Shown here one piece after another: positions 28,566 through 41,000 of a DNA stretch of 53,206 bases. Positions within the stretch are counted from its first letter, which is position 1. Each line of letters starts with the position of its first letter. The stretch spans positions 1 to 53,206 of the forward strand of contig JAWQFW010000006.1 in the NCBI GenBank assembly GCA_035968095.1, written 5' to 3'. Under the pieces are notes generated by a model, which made no database searches, was not told the origin of the DNA, and saw only the letters and a program-made list of their open reading frames with translations. The translations under genes and the position numbers were made by a program. This DNA comes from Oscillatoria sp. PMC 1068.18. GTDB taxonomy: Bacteria; Cyanobacteriota; Cyanobacteriia; Cyanobacteriales; SIO1D9.

Positions 28566-29390
28566 TTATTTATCTTTACTTTGGCTTGCGCGACGTTTCT
28601 CTATTTCTTGAATCCGTTCTTTCACAAACTCTTCATGTTGTTGTCTTTCATTCGCTGTTACCCAAGAAAGTGTGGTTGATAACGCTACTAAACTAAAAAA
28701 CATCGCGATAAAGATTTCACACATTGCTGCGGTACGTGCTAATAAGGAAGCCGGATGTACATCTCCATATCCAACTGTTGAAAAAGTAACTATCGAAAAG
28801 TAGATTGACAAAAAACCATCTTTTAACCCCAAAAAGTTATCAGGATTTTGACGGAAAAGTTCAGCATAAAGACTCGAAAACCCAAAAATTACCGTAAAAA
28901 AACCTAGTCCAATCAAGAGTAGAAGATAAGGAAGACGATTTAAAGAAGGAATAAATTTATATTCACGCACAACATTTTTTCCTTCTTGAAAATCTTTCTC
29001 TACTTCAATTCCTGCACCAACAAAGACTTCAGAAACCATTAAAACAATTAAAATTAATCCTGCTAGAATATCTAAAACTGATAAAACTAAATTAGGTGAA
29101 TTAGTAAATACTTGTGTAAAAGTGTTTACCAAGCAATAGCTTAAGAAAAAAATAGTAGTAACACTTAAAGCCTTCCGGACAACCACTAATGTACCATGAC
29201 GATAATATCTACGAGAATCAATCAGTTTTCGTTCCTCACCCTTAGATATTGTCTCACTTTGACTTAGCCTTTCTGCTAATAATTGGGTAAGCATACTGAC
29301 AAATTCTTCGTAGTCAAATAAATCACCAAATTGAGAATCAAAGCCATTTTTGCGATCGCTCATATTTTTACCTACTGTTTCCTCGCTCAT
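28566..29390 (-). CDS. Potassium channel family protein (Ion_trans_2)
   Basis: YFSIVTFSTVGYGD selectivity filter. Confidence 0.88.
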   Translation of the reverse strand: MSEETVGKNMSDRKNGFDSQFGDLFDYEEFVSMLTQLLAERLSQSETISKGEERKLIDSRRYYRHGTLVVVRKALSVTTIFFLSYCLVNTFTQVFTNSPNLVLSVLDILAGLILIVLMVSEVFVGAGIEVEKDFQEGKNVVREYKFIPSLNRLPYLLLLIGLGFFTVIFGFSSLYAELFRQNPDNFLGLKDGFLSIYFSIVTFSTVGYGDVHPASLLARTAAMCEIFIAMFFSLVALSTTLSWVTANERQQHEEFVKERIQEIEKRRASQSKDK

Positions 29391-29498
29391 TTCGATGATA
29401 AAATATTTTCACACTCCGTGAAGAATAACTGAGAAAATCTTTCAACTAAAGCGCCGCCAAGTTTTTTTTATCGCTCCCAACTATTTTCTAAAAAAGTT

Positions 29499-31529
29499 TT
29501 AGCTCTCTTCAATTAAATCAATAATTATATCAAAGCGAAAGTTATTTACTAACCCTACTAAAGCGTCGCTTAGATCGCTATCTTTTTCCGGAATTAAGGC
29601 GATCAATTTACGAACTTTTTCATCATCAGCTAGTAGCGCAGCATGGTGAATTTGGGTAATCCACTCAGATGACATAACCTGTAAATCTTCTTTAGTTAAT
29701 TTTGAGGACAAGCTAGAATTTACATTAGTAGGTAAATCTTCTTTGTAAACATAACGAACTCCTAAATGCTCGCTCAACTTACTTAAAAGAATTTCTTCTC
29801 GCAAGGGTTTATTAATAAAATCATCGCAACCAGCCGCCAAAGCATTTTGCTTATTTACAGGCAATACATTAGCAGTTAAGGCAATAATAATTGGCTGTTG
29901 TTCTGAAGGATTCGATTTAATTTCTTCAACAACTTGGTATCCGTCCATAACAGGCATTTGTAAATCTAAAAGCAATAAGTTTGGCTGCCAAATACGCCAA
30001 TGTTCAAGGGCTTTTTGACCGCTTTCAGCTAGTTTAATATTAAAGCCAAGAGGTTCAAGAATTTCTAAAACTAACTGACGATGTTCGGGCAAATCATCAA
30101 CAACTAAAATTCGATAATCAGGTTGATTTGGTTGTAGAGCAATTGCCTGTTTTTTTGACCAGTTTTTAGTTTCTACATCAATAGCCCTAGCTAACTTAAG
30201 CGGAATATTTACGGTAAAAAGAGAACCTTTACCTAACTCAGATTGAACTTGGATTTCTCCTTGCATAAACTTAATAAATTCGCGAGCTATTGATAAACCT
30301 AAACCTGTTCCTTCTGAAGGTTGACGGTTAGTTCGAGTTTGGACAAAAGGTTCAAATAAACTTTCTTTTTTGTCGAGACTAATTCCTAAACCTGTGTCTT
30401 CGACTTGAAAAACGAGAAAATGCTTTTTCAGCCGCAAGAAAGTATGGTTTCTTTCCAGCGCTCGCTCCTCGACGTTTACTCGGAGAGTTATTGTCCCAGA
30501 GTCGGTAAACTTAATTGCGTTATCAAGCAAATTAACTAAAACTTGACGTAGTTTGCTTTCGTCAGTTTGGACATATTTAGGTAAGTTTTCATCGAATTCG
30601 TAGTTTAATTCTAAATTTTTAGAGTTTGCTGGAATTTGCATCATTTTGATAATATGGAGCGTGAATTCCCATAAATTAAAGCTATTTTCTTGAATAACAA
30701 TTTGATTATTTTTAATTTTAGTGATAGAAATAATATCATTAATTAATTTTAGTAAATGTTCGCTGCTGTTGTTAATAATTCCTAGATATTCTAATTGCTT
30801 CTTAGTTAAGTTTTCATCTTGCACTAAAATTTGACTAAAGCCAAGAATAGCATTGAGTGGAGTACGCAATTCATGACTGATATTCGACAAAAATTGGCTT
30901 TTTGCAGCCGAAGCTGCTTCGGCTGCTACTAAAGCTTGTTGCAGGGCTAATTTGGTTTGCTGTAGCTCAAAGATTTTTCTTGACAACAAATAGTTAATAT
31001 TTTGCAGTTCTGAGGTTCGCTGCTGAACTTTTTCTTCTAAGTTACTTTGTGCTTCTCGTAAATTTGTTTCTACTCTTAAACGACGTTGAATTTCAGTTTC
31101 TAGCTGTTGATTTTTTTGAGTTATTTTTGTTTGTAAGTGCTTGATTTTTAGGTGAGTTTTCACTCTGACTAAAATTTCTTCTACTTGGAGAGGTTTGGTT
31201 ATGTAGTCAACTCCTCCTACCTCAAAACCTGTAACTTTGTCTTGTAAATCTCCTAAAGCGGTCAGAAAAATGACGGGAATTTCTTGACAAGCTGGATTTT
31301 CTTTTAAACGAGAACAAGTTTCAAAGCCGTTGATTCCTGGCATCATTACATCTAATAAAATTAAGTCAGGTAATTCGGATTCTAATAGTTCTAGTGCGCT
31401 TTGTCCGTCTTGAGCTACTCGAACTTGATATCCTGCTAGTTGAAGAAAGTCAAAGAGTACGGCAATGTTGCTGGGACTGTCATCAACGATTAAAATAATG
31501 TCCTGCTGCTGAGATTTTTTTTGTATCAT
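29499..31529 (-). CDS. Hybrid response regulator/histidine kinase (REC-HisKA-HATPase-REC)
   Basis: ILLDVMMP, SHELRTPLN, GTGLGL, LLDLQMP. Confidence 0.92.
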   Translation of the reverse strand: MIQKKSQQQDIILIVDDSPSNIAVLFDFLQLAGYQVRVAQDGQSALELLESELPDLILLDVMMPGINGFETCSRLKENPACQEIPVIFLTALGDLQDKVTGFEVGGVDYITKPLQVEEILVRVKTHLKIKHLQTKITQKNQQLETEIQRRLRVETNLREAQSNLEEKVQQRTSELQNINYLLSRKIFELQQTKLALQQALVAAEAASAAKSQFLSNISHELRTPLNAILGFSQILVQDENLTKKQLEYLGIINNSSEHLLKLINDIISITKIKNNQIVIQENSFNLWEFTLHIIKMMQIPANSKNLELNYEFDENLPKYVQTDESKLRQVLVNLLDNAIKFTDSGTITLRVNVEERALERNHTFLRLKKHFLVFQVEDTGLGISLDKKESLFEPFVQTRTNRQPSEGTGLGLSIAREFIKFMQGEIQVQSELGKGSLFTVNIPLKLARAIDVETKNWSKKQAIALQPNQPDYRILVVDDLPEHRQLVLEILEPLGFNIKLAESGQKALEHWRIWQPNLLLLDLQMPVMDGYQVVEEIKSNPSEQQPIIIALTANVLPVNKQNALAAGCDDFINKPLREEILLSKLSEHLGVRYVYKEDLPTNVNSSLSSKLTKEDLQVMSSEWITQIHHAALLADDEKVRKLIALIPEKDSDLSDALVGLVNNFRFDIIIDLIEES

Positions 31530-32294
31530 AGCTAAACAAATGTTTAAATAGCTACCCGCTATCCTGACTAAAATTGTAGCTAGCTCTGGGAAAAAATGGT
31601 TTTTTCATTACCGTGTTTAAGTTACCCCTTGAGCTTATTGAGAATTTTTTTAATCAGCTAATTAGCTAGTTTCATCGGCAGTGATTTAATTATTAAGGTT
31701 AGCTGGGTTAGAAAAATGTCTCTTACTAATTTTATCTTGCTTAAGTTTTTTTAGCCAAGGTGGTAGTTTGGGTTGTTTGGCTCTTGTAGCAATAAGCTTT
31801 ATTGAGTTTTTTTGAAAAAGTTATCAAATTGTTTATTGAGTAATTTTTTGGCATTGTTAATTGTTTTTTCGCTAAGGATGAGCTTCTGAGTTTTAATTGA
31901 AATCAAATATTTGCTATATTAAGCAATAATTGTCAGGCTTTGTTACTATCGGTTATCATTGAGCGATCTTGTAATTTAAAATTTTGTTGAGAAAAGTAGG
32001 CAATTTGTAGCTGATATCCGCAATAAATTGGCTTTTTGCTTCTCAAGTGGTTTTAGCTGGGGTTCTCAGAGCGATTAATGCTGATATCCGTTGGAATTTT
32101 TTTTTTATTCATACGCTTAATTGGGGTAAAGTTTGCTAACTAAGTCAAGGTAGAGAACAGTTACAGACAAAGGCTTGGGCGAAATTTATTTTAATCTAAC
32201 TTAAGATAGAGGATTGTGACAATCGCCTGTCTAAATCGACTAGAACTAGAAACGAGGTTGGCAAGGACTTGACTTAGCTAAGTAAAAACAAGCA

Positions 32295-32314
32295 ATCTTT
32301 ACAGTATCTTTACA
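32295..32314 (+). promoter_or_regulatory. Tandem ATCTTTACA direct repeat (11-bp period), possible OmpR/PhoB-family site upstream of ebsA
   Basis: ATCTTTACA-GT-ATCTTTACA about 100 bp before the ebsA ATG. Confidence 0.35.
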
Positions 32315-32413
32315 ATTTCTTGATTAACTGAAAACGAAAAAGACTAGCTCGCAGCGATCGCCAAACTAATTTAGGATCATGACAGGTTATTAATTAATTA
32401 AAGCATTTCGCCT

Positions 32414-32800
32414 ATGTCTCTAGATACACTTCAACCTGCTAACAAATCAGACGAAGTTGTTTACGCTCCTTATTTTCAGGGGAGTAAGCGTAACTTACTT
32501 GCTTATGCTATTACCTTATATCAACAAGGTTCTTTAGAAGGTAAGCGACAAATAGAAGGCGGTGAGAGTATCCCTTTTGTGGCGAGTTGGTATGTTTCTA
32601 AATTACCTGCGGATTTAACTCGCTGTCGCTTGCAATTTGATGGTAACGCCGAGTTGAGCTATGAGGTGACGATGCAAAATTCTGAGTTTGTAAATTACTT
32701 AATTGAAGTATTGATGAACTATAAACGCTCGCGGAATACTCCAAAAACCACTGATTTTCCCCAAACTTTTTATCGAAAGTTGCTGCGTCGAGATGAATGA
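32414..32800 (+). CDS. ebsA: Type IV pilus/secretion-associated protein EbsA
   Basis: YAPYF..KR..L..A..LY..G.LEG.R.IEGG, RCRLQFD..AELSYE, DF...FYRKLL; sits upstream of the DRTGG gene as in other cyanobacteria. Confidence 0.85.
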   Translation: MSLDTLQPANKSDEVVYAPYFQGSKRNLLAYAITLYQQGSLEGKRQIEGGESIPFVASWYVSKLPADLTRCRLQFDGNAELSYEVTMQNSEFVNYLIEVLMNYKRSRNTPKTTDFPQTFYRKLLRRDE

Positions 32801-32881
32801 TGGCATTTAACATGAGGTTAGCGATGGTTTTTTTCCACAAGTTCTTTTTTTCGACAATGACAAAAGTCAAGGAGTGAGGGT

Positions 32882-33949
32882 GTGGCAAAATCTGCCAAAA
32901 AATTATTAATCGGCTCAACAGAAGCATATAGCGGTAAATCAGCAACGATTCTCGGTGTTACTCATCAGTTACGTGCGAAAGGAATTGTCGTTGCTTACGG
33001 GAAACCACTAGGAACTCTTCCGAGCAAGACTGGTGACACTGGAGAAGAAGACGTTAATTTTCTGAGTGAGATTCTCGAATTACCAGAAAATCGGCTTTTA
33101 AAGCCTTTGTTGTCTCTCGATGAAGGTGCGATCGCGCGTCGTTTATCTGGAGAAGATACTACCAGTTACCAAGCTCAGTTGGAATCCTATGTGAGTCAAG
33201 CAGATGGTGATGTCTTGCTACTCGAAGGCTCAGGAACGTTATTTGAAGGCAGCTTGTTTGGACTTTCTGCTCTCGACATTGCGACGAAAATAGATGCGCC
33301 CGTTTTGGTGGTAACTCGCTATCATTCTTTGTTAGCCGTGGATAGTCTCTTAGCAGCGAAACAGTTGTTAGGATCTCGCTTAATTGGGGTTTTGATTAAC
33401 GGTATTCCCGAAGAACGCTTAGAAACTGCGAACCGAGAAATGATTCCTTTCTTGGAAAAACAAGGGATCGCCGTTTTAGGGATGTTACCGAAAAATAATC
33501 TGCTGCGTAGCGTCAGTGTTCGTGAGTTGGTGAAACAACTGAAAGCCAAAGTTCTCTCTCGTCCAGATCGCTTAGATTTAATGGTCGAAACCTTGACGAT
33601 TGGGGCGATGAATGTCAACTCAGCGATCGAATATTTTCGGAAAGGGAGAAACATGGCAGTAGTCACAGGTGGCGATCGCACTGATTTGCAATTAGCTGCT
33701 TTAGAAACCTCTACTCAGTGTTTAATTCTCACTGGTCATGTTTCGCCCCAGCCGCTAGTGTTGCAAAGAGCAGAAGATTTAGAAATCCCGATTTTGTCAG
33801 TAGATCTTGACACTCTGACTACAGTAGAAATAGCCGATCAAGCCTTTGGTCAAGTACGCCTCGCTGAACCGATAAAAGTCAAATGTATCGAGCAATTAAT
33901 GAATCAATACTTTGATCTCGATCGCTTGGTTAATCAACTTGAACTTTAA
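32882..33949 (+). CDS. Phosphotransacetylase-family N-terminal (BioD-like + DRTGG) protein
   Basis: [26 protein letters not shown]; no PTA catalytic domain. Confidence 0.88.
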   Translation: MAKSAKKLLIGSTEAYSGKSATILGVTHQLRAKGIVVAYGKPLGTLPSKTGDTGEEDVNFLSEILELPENRLLKPLLSLDEGAIARRLSGEDTTSYQAQLESYVSQADGDVLLLEGSGTLFEGSLFGLSALDIATKIDAPVLVVTRYHSLLAVDSLLAAKQLLGSRLIGVLINGIPEERLETANREMIPFLEKQGIAVLGMLPKNNLLRSVSVRELVKQLKAKVLSRPDRLDLMVETLTIGAMNVNSAIEYFRKGRNMAVVTGGDRTDLQLAALETSTQCLILTGHVSPQPLVLQRAEDLEIPILSVDLDTLTTVEIADQAFGQVRLAEPIKVKCIEQLMNQYFDLDRLVNQLEL

Positions 33950-33967
33950 GTTAAGTTATTTCTGACC

Positions 33968-33993
33968 AGGAGCAGGAATCTTCCCCTGCTCCT
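33968..33993. terminator. Hairpin between convergent genes
   Basis: AGGAGCAGG-N8-CCTGCTCCT 9-bp stem. Confidence 0.55.
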
Positions 33994-34450
33994 ACTCGGA
34001 AGGAAAATCAAGTTGATTGTTCTTTTTCGGCTTGGTAATAAATGTCACTCGTTCCTTATTTTTGCTTTGTTGAGAACGTGGCGATCGCGACTGAGTGCGA
34101 CTCGCATTGGGATCGCCAACTCCAATCCGAATCCGGATTTTCGGTCCCGACTCACCTAAACGAAACACCATCCCATCCTCTACCCCAACTTGAGTTATGG
34201 GTTTCCCTTCCACATAAGTTCCATTCGTTCCATAATTAACTATTTCCCAGCCTTCAGGCTGATTTATTAGCTCTACATGGTGACGAGACACCACAGCACT
34301 ATACATAACTACATGGTTATCAGTTGAGCGACCGATCTTGATCGCTGACTCAGATTCAAAAGTCCAACTTTGAATCGGAACAGATTGAGTGGGATGCAGC
34401 AGAGTTAGAGTAATCACAGATATTACGTTGGAGATTTCACCGAAGGTCAA
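33992..34450 (-). CDS. FHA domain protein
   Basis: IGRS.DN, VSRHH, GTNGTYV; start uncertain. Confidence 0.88.
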   Translation of the reverse strand: MTFGEISNVISVITLTLLHPTQSVPIQSWTFESESAIKIGRSTDNHVVMYSAVVSRHHVELINQPEGWEIVNYGTNGTYVEGKPITQVGVEDGMVFRLGESGPKIRIRIGVGDPNASRTQSRSPRSQQSKNKERVTFITKPKKNNQLDFPSE

Positions 34451-35028
34451 GGAGGCTACCTCTTTAATTTAAGCTGATTGCTCCTCATCTGCCAACTATC
34501 CCAAATCGCTGCTCAGTGGGTAGTTACTGGTTGCTCGTTCGCGACACAGAACTAGGTGTGCAAAATTTACTTAGTGGCGATCGCTAGCAGTTGAGGGGGG
34601 TAAGTCTTTCCCCCATTCCCGATTAGCTTTTCTTTCTTGACGAAATCACTGATTTGCCAGTGGATCTAAACTAATTCAGGCGATCGCCTGGTAGCAAGAG
34701 CTTGTTGACAAGAATATTTGTGTTGAACTATTTAACCTAACCTTGCTGAAAAAGCTAACAAATTGAACTTTAATCCCCATCCCTAAACCAAAAGCAATTA
34801 TCTCGATCTTTTTTTCAAAAAAAGTATACAAATCAGCCGTGGCTTTACGAAAGCTTTAAAAAGTCAGTATAAATCTGCCATTTAATTAAAGATTTCGTGA
34901 ATTGTCGCGCTCCCCTGTGTTTCTCAAGAGAGGGATTGTCTATTATCACGAATAAGCCTCAGTGATCTCTAGGTGGTCAAAGCGATCGCCTTTAAATAAC
35001 AGGGAATATAACAGGGAAACTACCTACC

Positions 35029-38000
35029 GTGGAAACTACTACTAATTCATTCAGCACAAATTCGCAATCTCTCGAATCTAACTCAGGAATTTTTTCTGTA
35101 GATGAAGATTTAGCGATCGCAGTTAGTGGACTTTCTCATTACTCAGCTTTAGGAGGAAACACTCCCGAAATCGATGAAACAGAAATCTCAAGATTCACGC
35201 TAGCTAGTCACGATTTCAGCGAAAATGCAGGATATCTAACCAATAGCGAAGACAGCAGTTTTGTCGGAGACATCAGTGGAGACAGTTTGCTAGGACAGCC
35301 TCAAAGTCTGATTATTATTGACCCTAGCGTCACCAACTATCAACAGCTTACAGAAGGCATCTCCTCAGCAGCAGAAGTTATACTGCTTAACGATTCCACA
35401 GACGGAATCGCACAAATTAGCGAAATTTTAAGCGATCGCCGCGAGATTACCAGTTTGCACCTAGTTTCTCACGGCGATATCGCTAGCTTAGAGCTTGGTT
35501 CCACAGAACTGAGTTCTGAAAACCTAGAGCAGTATAGCGAAAGTTTGCAAACTTGGGCAAGTGCTTTCACCGCAGAAGCCGATATTCTTCTCTACGGCTG
35601 TAACGTCGCGGCTGGTGAAACTGGTTCTACCTTCATCCAAGAATTAGCCAATCTCACCTCAGCAGATGTGGCTGCTTCTGACGACTTAACAGGAGTAGGA
35701 GGCGACTGGAACTTAGAAGTTACCACAGCAAACATCGAAACCGGAATAGTTTTTGATGCTGAGGCGATCGCCAATTATGAAGGAACCCTTCACACCACAG
35801 TCGCCTTAATTAACGCCGGAGGTAGCAACTACACCGATACCACCAACCACAATTGGACAGCAGACCAAAACTTCACAGGCGGTAAAACCTACTCCAATAA
35901 TTCAGCCATTTCTGGAACTGACAACGATGCACTATTCCAAAGCGAACGCTACGGAAAAGACTTCTCCTACGACTTTGCCGTCGCCAACGGTGACTACCAA
36001 GTTAAGCTCAACTTTGCCGAAATTTACTGGGATACAGTAGGAAAACGAGTTTTTGATGTCACCGTTGAAAATCAAATCGCGATCGACAACCTCGATATCT
36101 ACGCCGAAGTCGGCAAAAACGTTGCCCTAACCAAAACTGTAACTACCACAGTCACAGACGGCAACCTCGACATCGACTTCTCCACCGTCGCCAACAACGC
36201 CAAAGTTTCCTCAATTGAAATCATCCCACTAGAAGGACACCAACCGCCTGAACCCGATACCACCGCCCCAACAGCCAGCTTAAACGCAACCAATCTCAAT
36301 ACCACTTCCGGCAGTACCAACGACTATACCTTTACAGTTCAATACACAGATAACGTCGCTATCGACGTAAGTACCATCGATTCCAGCGACCTAAAAGTTA
36401 CCGGACCGAATAACTTCAACCAATTAGCTACTTTAGAAAGCATAAATATCAACAGTAACGGTACGCCTCGTACAGCAACATATAGTATCGCCGCACCAGG
36501 AGGAGACTGGGATGCAGCCGACGCAGGTAGTTACACAATTTCCTTAGAAAAATCTCAAGTAAATGATACTAGCGGCAATTACGCTTCCAATGCAGTTCTC
36601 GGTAGCTTCCAAGCTAGCGTTACTGATACACCTCCTCCCCAAACTCCCATAACCCTAATCAATGCTGGTGGTGGCAGCTACACCGATGGCAACAGTGACG
36701 TTTGGAATGCTGACCAGTATTTCAGTGGTGGTAAAATTTACTCCACAGGTTCAGCGATTAGCGGCACTGACGACGATACGCTGTTCCAAACCGAACGCTC
36801 AGGCAAAAACTTCGCTTACGATTTTGCTGTCGCCGATGGAGACTATCAAGTTGAACTAAACTTCGCCGAAATTTATTGGGGTGCCACAGGTCAGCGTATT
36901 TTTGATGTCACCATCGAAAATAACCTAGTTCTCGATGAGTTCGATATTTACGCCGAAGCTGGTGGCAAAAATGTTGCCCTAACAAAAACCTTTAACATTG
37001 GTGTTGTCGATGGAAACCTGGATATCGACTTTTCCACAACCAAAGATAATGCCAAAATCTCTTCGATTAAGCTAACTCCTCTCGGCGAAATCGACAATTA
37101 CACCCCTACCACTAGCGGTATTAATGACATCACAGTCGAAAAAGATGCTCCCAATAGCATCGTTGATTTATTTGCCGCTTTTGACGACGTTGAAGATGCC
37201 GACGAAGCCCTAACTTATACAATTACCTCGAATACCAACCCTGGTTTATTCGACAGCACTAGCATCGATGGCACAACGGGTGAATTGACTCTCGACTACA
37301 ATGCTAATGCTACAGGTAGTGGCGCTCTGACGGTTCGAGCCACTGATACAGAAGGATTGTACAAAGAAACAACCTTCAGTGTAACTGTCAATGAAGAACC
37401 ACCTGAACCCAGCGAAGGAATCCGAATTAATGCTGGTGGTGGTGCATATACTGATGGTTTAGGTCAGCAGTGGCAAGCAGACAACTATTTCTTGAATGGC
37501 AAAACTTATTCCACTGGTTCAGCAATTGATGGTACAACCGATGACAGTATCTACCAGACAGAACGTTCGGGTAAAACTTTCGGTTATGCAGTTCCCGTAA
37601 TTAACGGTGCTTATGATGTTAATTTACACTTAGCCGAAACCTATTGGGATACTTCTAACAAGCGAATTTTTGATGTCATCGTTGAGGGTCAACTGTTATA
37701 CGATGAGTTCGACCTTTGGACTGAAGCAGGTGGTAAGAACAAAGCTTTAATCGAAACTATTGAAGGGATTGAAGTTAAAGATGGCATTCTCAACATTGAC
37801 TTTACTACGACAACGGATAACGCTAAGATTTCCGGTCTAGAAATTACGCCTAGCGAACCACCCGGACACTACCTCCACGTAGTTATTGATGCTCCGAAGT
37901 GGGTAGTTGACTATGACGGTAATGGCAGTGAAGTCGTGGCGTTGAAAGGTAACGAGTCTCATACTCACGAGTTTGGTGAGGAACTAACTGAGTGGGTTTG

Positions 38001-41000
38001 GAAAGATCAAAATGATAATATTTTAGGCGCTCAGGAAGATATTACCGCTCCGATCGCGGTTGGTGAACATAATATTTCGCTGACAATTGGTGACTCTAAG
38101 TCGCCCAAAGAGTATTTAACAGATTCGGTTGCGCTTAATGTTTATACTCCTGATGCCGTGGGTGGTGGTTTCGCACGGTACTATGAAGCGGGAGGACAGT
38201 CCCTTGCGAATCTGATTAGTAATTTACCTGCTGAACCTAATTGGGTCGAAGTTTTACCGGAAATCAAGCTCGAACAAAGTTCGTCAGGAACGATTGGTGG
38301 GTCGCCATTCTCTAGCGATACGGTAATGACGATTGATGGTGAGTTCACTGTTAGTGCTGATGGTTTGTATGACTTCAACTTGATTGGAGGATCTGCGAGC
38401 CAATTCTATATCGATGCAGACTCAGATGGGGATCTTGACTTCACAAATCCGAATGATGTTTATCTGAGTGCAGGAACTTATGAGTTGCAAAGTCGCTTTG
38501 CGATCGCGCAATACTCGAATTTACCCATCGAAGTCCAAGTTGCTCCCGATGGCGGCACTTTCGAGACAATTGAACTTTTCCACGACCATACTCAGTTAGA
38601 TCCGTTTATCAACGATGCACCTGAAGAAGTTTCCCCGTTTGGCAGTTCAGTGACTCTCGAAGGATTTTTCCCTGCTGACTCGGTGGTAGTTAATTGGGGC
38701 GATACAGTGATTAACAATGTTCAGTTGGAACAGGGTTCAGTAACTTTCAATGCTCCCACTGGAACGCTGGGAACTACAGTTCCGGTAACGGTGGAAATGG
38801 GTAACGGTGAGAGCAATACAGTCTTTATGACTTATGAAGGTATTGTGGAGCCAGATTTTGAGATCAATGCAATCGCTGGTACAGGTGATGACTGGTCTAC
38901 CTACAATAAACCAACTCAGGCAGATTGGGGACCCGATGGAAAGCTTTATGTTGGTGGTAGCTACGGTACAATCCAAATCTATTCTTTCGATGATAACTAC
39001 AACGTTATTGGTGAAAGTACCATCAATACGATCCAAGGTTTGTCTAACCCCAGCATTTTAGGCATTGCCTTTAACCCTTACGACCAAGAGCCAAAAATTT
39101 ATGTTGCTCACTCGCAATTATTTGCGAACAACGGCGGTAATGGCATTAATCCTGGCGACTATTCACCCTACAGTGGTCAAATTTCCGTCCTCTCTGGACC
39201 CGGTTTCTCGAACTTCACACCTTTAGTTACAGGTTTACCTGTTTCCAACCATGACCACGGCATTAACGGTCTTGCTTTTGACGACAATGGCGATCTCCTC
39301 ATTACTGTAGGTGGTAATACCAATGCAGGTGTTCCAGGGGATCTGATGGGTGGCTTACCAGAATCACCACTTTCGGGAGCGATCGTGAAAGCTAACATTA
39401 CCAATCCGAATTTCAACGGTAATATTCAATATGAACTAAGCCCTGGAGAAACTGCTCCCTCTGGTTTTGACCCTACCAACCAGGTATACGGCGATATCGT
39501 CGATGTCGTTGATGGTGTGGATGTAGAAGTTTTTGCTCCTGGTTTCCGTAACGCCTTTGATATCGTTTGGACTACTTCCGGTCAGCTTTACGGGACAGAT
39601 AACGGTCCGAATACCGGGTATGGAAATGAATCTACCGGAGCAAATACCCAATCTGGCGACCCCAGCTACAAAGACGAAGTTAACTACATCGTCGAAAATG
39701 GCTATTATGGTCATCCCAACCGCAATCGTGGTCGCTACGACGATCGCCAAAATGTCTACTACAGTGGCGGCGACCTGGCGATTTCAGGAGTACATAATGC
39801 TCCAATTGCTAGTGTGAATTCCTCGACTAATGGAATCACTGAATACCGAGCTACCACATTCGGCGGTCAATTACGCGGCAATCTCTTGGCGCAGAAGTGG
39901 AACGGAACTGTCTACGGGTTCAAACTTTCTGCGGATGGTACTCAAGTCGAGACAAGCGATCTATATGAAGAAAACACTGATGGTTTCCCCTCATCTTTGG
40001 ATATTGTCACCGGACCTGGTGGAACACTAATTGGTGTTGACTACGGTGCGAAGAATCTCACGATCTCCAAACCGATTGATCCGGCGGCTGTGGGTGTAAC
40101 TGCTTACGATATCTTCCCCTGGCGTGCGCCTGCTGCTGGCGGACATAGTTTCACAATCGGTGGTGCTAACTTCGGGACTCTCAGCGATACTACTGTTACC
40201 ATTGGCGGTCAACAAGCAATTCTGACGAAGGTTTCGGATAACCGGATTCAAGGTATTTTGCCGGAGTTCTTCTCTTCTAGCAATCAACTGCTAGATATTG
40301 TTGTTAACAGTGCTGGCGACACCTCAGTTATTCCTGACGGTTTCAAGGTATTAACCGGAACTGGTGCTGTGGTTGACCCTGAGCCGACACCAAGTGACGA
40401 TACTGGGTCTGAAGCTTTGGTAGTTATTAATCCTGGTGGCAATATTATCCAAAGCAGTACCTTCAGTAGCGGCTCTTTCAAAATAACCAATAACTCTACT
40501 AACGCTCAAAAAATTGACCGTGTTTTGATTGACCTCAGTTCTGGGATTCTGCCAGATATGGTTTTCGATCCTACAGGACAAGCTGGGGATACTTGGAAGA
40601 AGGTTTTCACTGTAGATAACAATGGCGGTACTGGAACCATTACTCACAACTATCTGAACGCTCATGACGGTGGTTTTGATGCGCTGGAAATTAACTTTAC
40701 TGATTTCGATCCGGGTGAGACAATGACGTTCTCGATTGATGTCGATCCTACTAGCGCTCAGGGAACTCCTCCTCCAGGACCTGGTGAGTCGGCTAGTGTG
40801 TCGGGATTAGAATTGGCTGGAGCAGAGGTGACGGTTGCTTTTAGCGACGGTACTAGCTATACCGGGGAAACTTATCGCATGGCTAACAGCAGTGTAGGTT
40901 CCCAAACTACGGTTCAGTATGGAATAGCCAGCGCACCTCAGATTGAAGCTTTGGGTATCTCTGCGGAAACTGCTACGGTGGCGAATGCTAGTCAGACGAT

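Noticed and set aside
32882-33949. pta (phosphate acetyltransferase)
   Set aside because: Only the BioD-like and DRTGG domains are present; the catalytic PTA domain is absent.
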